A stretch of DNA of 63,128 nucleotides, the filler included, from Choristocarpus tenellus KU-1152 (Eukaryota; Protista; Phaeophyceae), in NCBI GenBank assembly GCA_964200185.2. It is 15 parts of 15 records of this genome, joined end to end, with 100 filler letters (N's around TTAATTAATTAA, not from the genome) between each part and the next. Parts side by side here need not be neighbours in the genome. Positions count along the whole stretch, not along the records: positions 11,598 to 14,187 come from CAXNAD020026485.1; positions 14,288 to 17,205 come from CAXNAD020023664.1; positions 17,306 to 20,161 come from CAXNAD020024165.1; positions 20,262 to 28,668 come from CAXNAD020004748.1; 11 more parts are not named here. The stretch is one strand, 5' to 3'. The notes under the pieces were generated by a model. The model saw only the letters and a program-made list of their open reading frames with translations. It searched no databases and was not told the origin of the DNA. The position numbers and the translations under genes are program-made. Positions 12,584-23,833 of the stretch are shown here, in pieces (within the stretch, counting starts at the first letter, position 1; every line of letters begins with the position of its first letter).

Positions 12584-14002
12584 GAAGTGGGGGGTTGGGA
12601 GACCAACCAATAGTAGCACTCTCCAGTCATGGAAGAAGTCCAAGACGGATAAAATCCTCCACCTATTCTGCTCCATGCTTGTCGACCAATATGGGCAGAA
12701 CAAGGGAGAAGGAGAAAGATACACTTGGAAGGACCCCGCCGCTTGGTTTTTGGACGAGGATAAGAAGTTTGCGCCATTGGCAAGGGCACTGCTAGAGTTA
12801 GTGTCCAAGGAGATACGCACATCTGCAACCGACATGCAGGTCAGGACCTTCCTGGAATTGTTGAAGAAGGACCTTAACACAGAACACACTCGATAGGTCT
12901 ACAACTCAATCCTCTCGGCCATCGCTCCCGATGTTAAAGTGCTCGATGACGGGATGACGTCTACGTACCAACCCAATCTGTCCAACACAGCCACGAGATA
13001 CCACATCAAGATCGACACCCTCAGATCCTCGGCAGTTAAGCGCACAGAACTCATCCACGATAGGGAATGCTTTAGTGCTATTTCCGTAGATGGTACTGGA
13101 GAGTCATATGTCCCACTTCTGACACAGAAGACCAACAGGCCTCTGCACCACCCCCCACCAGGCAAGTAAGAGTGTCCACCCCAATGGGATATGTTTTTTT
13201 AAAGCTAAGGCTTGAACCCAGAAATCCAGCAACCCCGTAAAAACAACATCTTCCACCAGGCAAGAAGGGATGCCCACCCCAATCGGATAAAAAAAATTAA
13301 GCTAAGGTTTGAACCCAGAAATCCAGCAACCCCCTAAAAACAATTTCTTCCACCAGGGTTCGAACACGGAACACCGTGTCCTATACACTCCTAAGAAATT
13401 TGAACACATCAACAAAAAAAACAAGCAACATCCACCCCTTCATCCAAAATTCCCTCCTTCTCGGTCGTGATTGTTAGGTTGAACAAGGACAGGGCAAGGA
13501 TATTCGACGTGACAAGAGACAGTTCATCGCGACGGTTCGATGTGCAGCACCCTGAAACACACGTCCTTGGCCTAACCGTCTGGGAGAGCAACAGCACGGC
13601 CATGCCCCATGACCCGATCACTTCTCACGATTCCGCTGAGGGAATGCACTCCTTGAACCCTAACACCAATAAAAGGGTGTGCCACCCAGATGCACTGTGT
13701 CGGCAGCACGTTCAGAGGTACTGTAATCCAACTACCATAAAGCGAAAGCGCTTATATTCTTCCTGTCCGCAACCTGCTCCTTCACCCCGAAAAATTGTGT
13801 ACACTCTCTCCTCAAAATACAACAACAAACATACACACAACGACATAAATATTTCATCCCCCCTGTGCTACGTTTAAAACAGGGTACAGATTGGAACTGA
13901 TGATGATGTTTACGCAAACTTCAAAGAGAGGTTTGAGATGGAGGCAATAGATGGGCCGATACCGTGCCTGTTAACGTTCGTGAAGTGGAGACCCTTCTAC
14001 AT
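12584..14002 (+). pseudogene. Decayed N-terminal part of a Sola2-like transposase, interrupted at 14003 by a family A MITE
   Basis: Exon-like frame 12584-~13165 with one in-frame TAG (12894-12896). Segment ~13884-14002 translates VQIGTDDDVYANFKERFEMEAIDGPIPCLLTFVKWRPFY, resembling the Sola YxxFK...FxxxRPF(W/Y) motif that precedes the TCxCxxH box. After the MITE, 14152-14187 can read KASDQMSVGAQ. Confidence 0.55.
13155..13357. repeat. Tandem duplication, ~98-bp unit x2 (inside the probable transposase intron)
   Basis: CCACCAGGCAAG...CACCCCAAT.GGATA...AAGCTAAGG.TTGAACCCAGAAATCCAGCAACCCC.TAAAAACAA..TCTTCCACCAGG occurs twice. Confidence 0.9.
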
Positions 14003-14151
14003 GGCTAAATTATCTGGTGGGGGTGGCGGCTGTCCATTTGGGGTCAATTTTTTCATGTTGCTATTTTGTGTGATTTGGTTGCACACGTCGGATGAATAAT
14101 GTAAGCGCAATTTTCCTGGTTACGACCGAAATGGACACCCTGGTGTAGACC
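14003..14151 (+). mobile_element. MITE family A, right TIR missing
   Basis: GGCTAAATTATCTGGTGGGGGTGGCGGCTGTCCATTTGGGGTC...AATGGACACCCTGGTGTAGACC. Confidence 0.88.
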
Positions 14152-14287
14152 GAAAGCGTCGGACCAGATGAGCGTAGGGGCGCAGCANNNNNNNNNNNNN
14201 NNNNNNNNNNNNNNNNNNNNNNNNNNNNNNNTTAATTAATTAANNNNNNNNNNNNNNNNNNNNNNNNNNNNNNNNNNNNNNNNNNNN

Positions 14288-14660
14288 ATTACAATAGCAC
14301 TAGAATAGGATACTGCCATAGACTGTCCCCCTTCACAACTATCAACAAAAGTAAATGCAGGCATAAAATTACAATAGCACTGGAATAGGATACTGCCATA
14401 GACTGTCCCCCTTCACAACTATCAACACAAACTATAGGACACCAAGATAATGTCTCACAGTTTCAAACAAAAACAAGGTACTGCCATATAAAGGCTTGCC
14501 TTACCTACGAACTAAGAACATATAAACAATAAAAGGCTCAGAAAAATAGGGAGTGTTATAGTAAAATTCTCCCCCCTCACAAATATGGATGCAAAATCAC
14601 AACAGCACTGAAATAGGGTACTGCCATAAACGCTTCCCCCTTCAGAACTATAAACACAAA
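14288..14660. repeat. Degenerate tandem repeat, ~80-bp unit (two near-perfect copies 14288-14430, diverged copies to 14660)
   Basis: ATTACAATAGCACT.GAATAGGATACTGCCATAGACTGTCCCCCTTCACAACTATCAACA is repeated. Confidence 0.85.
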
Positions 14661-14792
14661 CAATTCACGACAAGAATCGTGTCTCAAATACAAACAAAAA
14701 TGTCTAAAAACTACGTAAAATAGTAAATGTCACAATACTACTCACACTGGTTAGAATGCGAAAGAGCAGTCATCCTATTCGCCTGTAACAAA

Positions 14793-14900
14793 ATTTGTGT
14801 GGTTTGGTTGCATGCGTTGGATGGATAATGTAAGTGCACTTCTCCTAGTCAGGGCTCTAATGGACACCCTGGTTTAGACCCCCCCCCAGTTACTTTGAAC
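14793..14900 (+). mobile_element. MITE family A, right two-thirds, diverged
   Basis: TTTGGTTGCATGCGTTGGATGGATAATGTAAGTGCACTTCTCCT...ATGGACACCCTGGTTTAGACCCCCCCCCAGTTACTTTGAAC. Confidence 0.85.
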
Positions 14901-16728
14901 TATTCCGTCTCACTCGATTCACTCTCTGCTCTGATCCTGGGAGGAGGGGGTGGCTGAAGAAATTCGCATCAAAACCTGACGTTGATACTAGTTCGTTTCG
15001 AGCATGGTCCCACTCATCCAACATACTTTATCGTATGGTCCTCACCTTGCTTGATGATGCTGCCATGTAAATCCACCAAAGTAGTGCTAGTCTGACCCTT
15101 GGCATGCTTGACATCTCCTTAGACCGAATCATAGCTCTTGCCTTCATTGTTGCCAATTCCAGTTCCTGGAAAACAAGGTCTAGGATTTAGCTTCTGACTA
15201 TATCAGATTAATCTTTCTCTCTTCTGCTTCATTTGTACGGCCCTAACAAGCTTCATTATCTTCTGCGGGAATGTCTGGATCTCATTGGCCTGCTCTTGCT
15301 GGTCGTCTATTAGGCTTTGCATCTCTCGTTGATTATCGATCAGACTCTGCAAGATGTCTATGTGATCTTTCCTTTCCCCATCCTTCTCGTTGTTTTCCTG
15401 CATTCATGGCCTCAGTGGATTTTTTCGTCTTCTCTCACATTCCTTGCTCACATCCCACGTCTCCTACATCCTGTGCTATCCCTCCCTTCTCTGCTCTCTC
15501 TTTTCCTTTCCCTTTTGGGGCCGTTTGCATGTGTCCTGCTGTTTCTCTCTCCTCCACTGGTTCAATAGCTGCCCCCCCATTCCTTTCCTCTTCTTTGGTT
15601 GTAGTTCATTAATTGGTTCCCTGAGCCTGTCTTCAGGTTTCCCCATTTATGGGGAAAAATACCCGTTGCTGTGCTTCTCCCCAAATCCCAACTATGACCT
15701 CATTCAAGATGTAACCCAACCTCCCCAGTTTGCTAGTGAATGCCAGCTCAACTGGTCCTTCGATTCTCTCATATCCCCCCCATACCGAATTCCCATGTGC
15801 CCTCACCAAACACAGATTCATCCAGACGTTCCATCTTCTGCAACCGTTATTTTATTGTACAGGGTTGTGTTGTGCAGATCGCAAATAGGTATACTTGCGG
15901 CAAGTCATGTGAGGTCTCTTTCTTGGCACCACAGTAACGCTGTAGTGATTGATAAATCACAACCGTTTGAATGTTGTCAGGGTCTATTCTTCACAAGTTC
16001 CACACCCACTCTGGTTTGCGTTGTGGGGAAATGAAAAATATCACACCAAGTGCTCACATCCAAGTACTTGATGTTGAAATATTCCACACTGGACCCGCAG
16101 CTTTGGTGCTTTGTAGAAAGATAATGTATAGCTTGATGTAGATGTGCAAAATTAATATTACAAGGGGCTTGTGGTCTCGATTCCGCTGACTGAGTACGTG
16201 GGTGAAACTAAGCCGAGACTACCATATTATTTCTATAGTGTGGGGGTTGTAATCGTCCACACCAAGTTACTATGAATCACTTATTTACTTGTCTTAAGTA
16301 TAGAAAGTGTATCTTGAACTTGATATAAAAATCAATCAGCACTATGAGTCAGTACATACAATATATCTATCACTGGCTCTCCATCCTAATATATTATCCA
16401 CCGGTGGTGTCTATGTGTATCAGCAGCACTATCTACGAACACTTGACAGTGTCTTTAGCAAGTGCGCAGATCGTGATTATTGCCTCACCACAAAAGGTAC
16501 TCCCCATATCCACAACATGAGGGAGCACAACATCATTGGCATTTCCAACACACGTCACCATACAATAATTGAAACAGAGCGCAAAGGAATGAAGCACTGA
16601 GCCACTGTTCTGTCAAGTCTGTTTACCAATTATGCCAAGTTTCATTCCCAGTCATACCTGAGAACATCAGCACTGTAGCAAAGACACCCGTAGATGCTGA
16701 GGAGGTGATGCTCTGTCTGACTGTTGAA

Positions 16729-17130
16729 ACCTGAATCGAATGAATTGTACATGTAAGCAAATGCCTAGACTACGAGCGATGAGGAATCATGGTGTTGCAA
16801 AGCACCGATCGATGTGGTTATTCTGTTGTATCTGAGGTCATTGATCTCTCAGTCAAGAATGATACTATGTGAATTCAGTATTCTTGGTTGCTCAATCCAG
16901 AATGATGTGATGTGAACTCAGTGTTCTTTCATGAGATACCCAACGAAAGAAGTCCATGCACTGTGGAGAGGCTTGTTACCTTGACTGCCAAGGGTTTCCT
17001 TGGATGGTTTTAACTCTGATTATATTACATCTAGGTGTGTAGGTGGTAGACTCATTGTAGGGTGAGCTTGGTGCATTGTGAGGGATCAATGGCAGTCACG
17101 AAAGAAATAATAATCAACGATCAACGTACA
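16729..17130 (+). repeat. Dispersed repeat family C (~400-450 bp), copy 1
   Basis: Colinear with 30873-31260 and the reverse complement of 29865-30322 (CCTGAATCGAATG...GCAAAGCACCGAT...CTCAGTCAAG...GGAGAGGCTTGTTACCT...GATGGTTT). Confidence 0.88.
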
Positions 17131-20049
17131 ACTAACAGCCGATTTCAAAAATTGAGGATGGAGCTTTTCATTGAGGATGGGCTTGACCCAAAATTAACTG
17201 GGATGNNNNNNNNNNNNNNNNNNNNNNNNNNNNNNNNNNNNNNNNNNNNTTAATTAATTAANNNNNNNNNNNNNNNNNNNNNNNNNNNNNNNNNNNNNNN
17301 NNNNNCGTGTAACAAATGCTTGCACTTCGTTGAAATACAAGAAGAAACGCTCGCGCTGTTCCCCTGTAACACAAAAACTAGGGTTAGCGTTTTTGTGGTA
17401 GGAAAAAGAATATAAAGACAATATAGTAGTAATATAAAACATAAAGTTCAACGATCTTAGAAAGTTCGTAAGGTTTATATCAAACCCCCATGACTTGCGT
17501 TTTGTAACATGTGTTGCAATAGTAGTAAACTCATTCAATCATAAAACATACTATTAATAATACCATACATGAATCGGGTGATTATGTGGGGGCGTAGTTC
17601 GCTCAGGTAAGGGTGGTGAAGAGAATTACCGGGCAAGACGGACCAGACAGACAAAGACGATCTGTAACCGAGAAGATGAGGTTATGATAGGACAAGTAGT
17701 ACAAGACTGAAAGGACTTGCAGGGAAAAGTGGGGAGCTGAGGAAGTGGGAGGATCACTATCCGGATAGAAATGGGTGATTCACCATCGGAAAAGCGTACT
17801 CATAAAGAGGCGTTACAGCAAGACACGGAAATCTATCACTCTGAATATCCTTCACACAGTTGAACCGAAGTTCTCAGAACATAACCTCGATCAGTATAAG
17901 GGTATATGCCATACGGCAATAACGGCATAACAACAACAGATAACCCTGCTTTCCATACATACATGGAAATAATGTATTAACACTATTGCTACTGAAAATA
18001 AGAACGATTATGTGCACCCTTTCTTTTTGCATGCATGATGCAATACTCAAAACATTTTATAATACTGTGTGAATATTCTGAAGCATGAGCAATCATTGAT
18101 TGGTTATAGATGGAATTTAACGAAGTAGATCGAGTGTGCATGTATAATGTGTAGGAGCTTATGAGGGTTGTAGACCATGAGTATTTACCCATACGCCCCA
18201 TTAACCCTAACCCTAATCGTAACTGTGAGCACTAGACGATACATGGAGGTTAGAGAGTGTTGTGGTTGCAAACTCTCTGAAGGCAAAAACTGCGTATCTT
18301 TGGGATTTTCCATCTTTCCACTGCCTCCGACACAACAAGTAGGTGTTGATGAACAGCTTTTTGCTGTGTCAGGGCGTACACAAGGACCCATAAAATAGAT
18401 GCAGAAGTGGACTGTTGCCCCTTTAGCGTCCTATACTGCAGTATGTTGTAGCCGTCACTCCGCTGGGCGACATCTATTGCAAGTGCGGGAATGATAATCG
18501 ACAGAAATTTCAGCATCATTAATAGACATAGGAGGACGACTACAGTCAAAGTTTTAATAATTGAACGTAAAATTTGTGGTGGGTTTGGCACTGTGTTTTT
18601 TGCCTTCACTCCAAACTGTGTACAACACAAGTTTTCAAACTGTCAGGGAATCGAATCATTGCATGAATAACATTTTTAAGAAGCGAACAATTTGGTTAGC
18701 ATTTGACCTCTGATTTATTTCATCAAGATAACATATTAACCATTAAAAGAACAATGAGTGTGGTTCCTGATTTGTGCATTGCTCTTGGTGTTGGCATTTG
18801 TTGTTAGTGGCTGACATGAAAAAAAGAGGTTGTCGGGGGAGATCTAAACATGTGAACAGTTGCTTATGTGCCAAGGATCGACACTATGGTGCTTGTTGAC
18901 GTCAGTCAGTATTGCTGTAGACTTCGCCTTGGGGAATTCACTAAGATGCATGTGTGCTGGCCTGTCTCAAGAGGGAATGTTATCTCTGACAGGTGGGACA
19001 CATGCTGCATTGCTTGAACTAGACATAGTTGGGCAAGAATGTCGAGGCAGTGGACATCAATCATCACACGTAATACAGAAGTCACAGGTATTGAATATAT
19101 CCAGCACAAGCTGTGAAACCACAGAACGATGAAAGGAGATACCTCGTGATATTCTCCTACCCATCGTTCGTTCACTGCACAACAACTCAATATGCAATTT
19201 ATCCCTCAAAAAAAAATTCAAAGGAAGACGACAATCAGAAAGCAAAAAGATTGAACCAACAAGAATCTCAAGTCTTCACCAGGGAGAAATACGTACAAAT
19301 ATCCTGTCCAGTGCTTTACTTGGTAACGGTAATGATGGCCACAAGCACCTTGATGCCCTTCATAGCATGCATAGTGTGCTTCCACTCTGAAAAAAAGCTA
19401 TCTGGGTTTACATTGTGTTGTTGAATATCCAAGTATCATACGGAAATAAAATCCCTTGTAGGAACTCTATTATTGTACCCTCTGATTGTCATAAGACTTG
19501 ATCACCTTCCAAAAACGACTTACAGTGCCTCCCACTACTATGACTTACTGTCAGTGAAGACAAAGACTCGAGTATTTATCTGGAGTAGAATCGATTCCGG
19601 GGAATTTGATCAACTAGCGAAAAAAATAAAGCGAAATAATTATGATGCTCTATATCTGAGTCTTCTTTTTATATCGGGTTGGGTGAAGCAAATGCAAATA
19701 CATTTATATCCTGTATGTGCAGTGGTTGCCTCTTGGATACAATAGTGCTTAAATGTTGAGTTCCTCAGCAGTGCAGTGGGATAGTCAGCTTGTCGTCAAT
19801 GTCGGCTGTGCTCATTATCTGTTGGAAGAAGCGGGTCAGGAGACCAGGAGGGGGATCAAATGCTGTCAGGCCAGAGCAAACAGTAAGAAAACTCAAATTG
19901 GAAAAAGATGCCTCGTAATTGTGCGGTGTGATTCTAAAGGCTGGGAAAATTAGAGCAACTGTCGGTGTTCTGATTCATCCGCATGCCGTCCTACAATCAC
20001 ACCTTAATAGCTGCAACTCTGATGCAGTACATAGTGGTATGTCCTAAAA

Positions 20050-20161
20050 GACTCAAAGTATCTGGGAGGGGGTGGCGGATGTCCATTTGGGGTCAATTTT
20101 TTCATGTCGCATTTTTTGGGTTATTTGGTTGCATACATCGCATGGATACTGTAAATGCACT
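20050..20161 (+). mobile_element. MITE family A, left part, cut by contig end
   Basis: GACTCAAAGTATCTGGGAGGGGGTGGCGGATGTCCATTTGGGGTC. Confidence 0.9.
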
Positions 20162-20261
20162 NNNNNNNNNNNNNNNNNNNNNNNNNNNNNNNNNNNNNNN
20201 NNNNNTTAATTAATTAANNNNNNNNNNNNNNNNNNNNNNNNNNNNNNNNNNNNNNNNNNNN

Positions 20262-20325
20262 GCTGATTTTGGTCCAAATGGACACCCTGGTTTAGACCTC
20301 ACCCCCCTCCCAGATACTTTGGGTC
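20262..20325 (+). mobile_element. MITE family A, right part at contig start
   Basis: CCAAATGGACACCCTGGTTTAGACC...CCCAGATACTTTGGGTC. Confidence 0.9.
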
Positions 20326-21978
20326 TGACTGCAAAACCTCATTTTCATTTTCCTATCCCACAGATTTGATGGATGAGCATCCTGTAGAAACACCAAGTAT
20401 ACAAGGAGTCTCCGGCATGAGAAAAGTACGTCCATACACAAAGTCGATCGTTAATGCCACCAATGGAGACAGATTTCGATGTTATGTACTGGGTATTTGC
20501 ACTGTCTGCCGTGAAGGATCATTTGAGCATATCCTTCGACTTCTCCTGCGTGTCTACTCAGTGCAAAGAGAGTGGTGTGTGACCCGCGGAGAGCTGGCAG
20601 TACTACTGGACCGTCATGTGGCACATCATGGTCAGGTTCGACCTGTCCTCTATGTATTGATTGCCTCATGGTTGAAGGGAGCATTGATTACCAGTCCATT
20701 TCGTGTCTCTCGCTTGAGAGTGGTGATAGTATGACGAGGCTAATATTGATGTTTGGGTTGTTCCTTCTCGATTACTATGGCACACTGATAATTCAAGGGA
20801 TGGAATAGAACAAAGTGCTGTTTCATCATTTTGCAGGATGTTCTTTGCCACAGCCTAATATTGTCTAGGTGAACCTCCTCCCTCCTATCAGGACCAAGAA
20901 GCTTGCAAAGTCAGGCTCTACCAATGGCTCAAGAGATTCTTTACACCCTCAGACAAAACTGAATTTGAGGGGATTGACACAGCTGTTTCTGTCAGAGGGT
21001 GGGAGGTTCCGGGCACCAAAGGAGGAGAGCAGCGAGGAGGTATTAAGGATAGTTCCATGACTTGGGCTGAGGTGCAGGAACTCCTACAAAGTTGTCCATA
21101 TAATCTCACAGAGATATTGACAGTTGATCTTCCCGTACTGGCTAAGGACATGTGGGCAGCAGACATGGCACACAGACAGGCAACCTCAGGCTAAGACATG
21201 ATTGACCAATAACCGGAAAGACAAGGGTGTCCTGGGGGCTGGGGGCAATGTACTTCATGCAGGAGAGGTCCTGTTCTTTCTTTTCCTGCTCCCCTCTCAC
21301 AATATTGTGGAGAAGCTGGTCCAACACCAGATGGGCAAACGTGGAAGAGTGTGTTGATGGGAAAGATGTGTATACTGCGAGCAGATGCAGTATTAAATTG
21401 GTGCTGGTTGTAGATGTCACCTTCTATTTCTATATCTACGTTTCTCCAGTGCATGTTATATGGTAGGGCAACTTGGACTACATAAATAGGATGAAAGTAG
21501 CGTACATGCAATGCCTTCCATGTTGTGGGGAACCCCAGTTTTCTACTTCAGTTGTTGTGTGTGTGCGACTACTCGGGCTGGGACATATGTGGGCACCTTG
21601 CATGCGTTGATAGATCTGGATCATAGGTATGAATGAACATAGGGGCAAATCCTGAATTTCAGGCATCTACATTATGGGGAAGGTACAGCAGGTTGTGCAC
21701 GTGAACTTTTGTACTGATGGACAGCTGTAATTCTTGACAGGCTGTTCTTGCTCTACCAGGTAGAGCCTGACTCTTCCGTCCAATCAGGTACTAAAACAAC
21801 AAGAACAAAGAGCCAATGAGCCCTGATGTCTATACTACCGCACAGCAACAATATATATATATATATATATATACGCCACTCCCTTTGAAGGCCTTGTAGT
21901 TGAATATGTATTCTTCTTCTCCTGATTCCAACAGATACGTCAGCAGGTACGGAACACATTCTTTCACGATCTTGTTAT

Positions 21979-22226
21979 GAGCCAAAGTATCTTAGAGGGT
22001 GGAGCCGCGACCATTTGGGTATCAAAATCCAATGTTGCGATTTCGATGTGATTTCGGCTATCGTATTTGTTAGCAAATGTCAATATCCATGTTCCGGACA
22101 CACCTTTTCATAACGTATACATTCATTTTACCTATTCCTAAACATTTTGGAGTAGGTAAATATTAGAAGCTAAGTCCCAAATGGACAAACAGGGAAAAAC
22201 TCGTACCCTCTACGATACTTTCACTC
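21979..22226 (-). mobile_element. MITE family B, near full-length (248 bp), 4-bp TSD TTAT
   Basis: TTAT-GAGCCAAAGTATCTTAGAGGGT ... ACCCTCTACGATACTTTCACTC-TTAT. Confidence 0.93.
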
Positions 22227-23833
22227 TTATTGGCTCTAAGATTCCACAGGATGTTTCCTTGCTGTTTGGAAAGAGCAGTTCACTCTAGACCTACCCATAC
22301 CCTTTCCCAACCCTGAGCAAGGGTAGCTAGCACTCACAAACATTAGACTATAAGTGTGCTTTCGTCCTGAGATGTACATGGTGCAGGAGAGGGCCACACC
22401 CAAAATCTTAGGGCATTGGGGTTATTTTATGAGCGAGAACTTTTTGTGCCAATGGGGTAGCATGCATGTTTTATAGCAAAGTCAACAAGAACTGTTTTTT
22501 CTTCCTTTTCCTCTCTATCTCCCATCCCATTCAATGATTGCAATACTCCTTACACATAGATCAAAATAATGACAACCGAATGGAGATCCTTCAAGTATTC
22601 AAAGTACGTGTCACTCCTCGGAATCAAAATGCTGAGTGAGACACCACTGTTTGTACCACCCAGAGGGCAGTAAGTTGTGGGATTTCCTGCCCCTATGATA
22701 CAATGGCGGTTTCTCCACAAACTCGGGGCTTGTGGGTTCAGCTCCCGACTGGATCATTTTCTTGTCTTGACTCCCTACAGCAGGATGATAAAAACGGAAC
22801 GGAAGAGGAGGGCTCCAGGCTACGAATTGAAGGGGAGCTGCGAAAGATGACACACGTAACCAGTGACCCTAACCCTAAACCAGTGAGGTGATGGGCCATG
22901 GATTAAGATGGGCAGAACCCCAGTCATTGACATTGACAAATATTGAGATACCAGTGTATCCCTAGGGCAGCAGGACAAGAATGGTGACAAGGGGATGTCC
23001 GTGACGGAAGCTTCTCTACAACAAGACTTGAGGGTATCACCAAAAAAATGGATAGATTCAATATATTCATTCAAGACCACAGTTATGCTCTGCCATGACC
23101 GCCCTGTGTACTTACTGATACCTGCAACTGAGGTTTTTCACTGAAGGGCATCAGTTGCTCAGATCTATGTTGCAGTTTCTCTGCTGCCCCTCAAGCAAAG
23201 TAACTGTTTTGCAGCTATATATATATACAAACGTATATTGCAATGTCTTGAAAAAAAAATCGCCCAACAAAACAAAACACCCACTGCATCGTAGTTGTGT
23301 GGTAAGTGTACTGATGTGTTTGATGCCAATGGCTGATGGGTTGGCAAATCAAAACAGTGCATAGGCTGAGTCACAACAAAAAGAAAAAAGAATACAAGTG
23401 AGAGGAATCGTTAGCGCTTCCTAATCTGTGCACAGCACGATGACTTGAGCGCACACATCTGCCTCACTGCACATACATTGGATCTCTTCCACGATAAAAA
23501 CACATTATCAGAAACGCGGACACACCACAAAAAACGCCTTCACATATTTAGTCCCGCTCACAGAAGTAGGAACAGTTCGAGCACATAAGCGGTTTTTGGA
23601 CTCCGGGAACTGAAACAACCACATGTGTCATACAAATAAGTTCTAATAATCAGAGGGTCCGGGTTAGAACCAGGGAATACGGACAGTTCTTTGCTTCATT
23701 CTTCATGACAGGCCTGGCGGATATCACAACTATCACCCCGATAATCCATGATAATCCATCTGTACAAGGTAACAGACAGTGCTCCTCTACCCAGTGAAAA
23801 CAATCAAAATTGAAAGATGGCAGTGGATCTACG

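Noticed and set aside
20050-20325. One contig ends and the next begins at almost consecutive positions of MITE A, suggesting a true join
   Set aside because: The flanks (AAAA left, TGAC right) do not form a TSD, so these are most likely two different copies broken at the same repeat.
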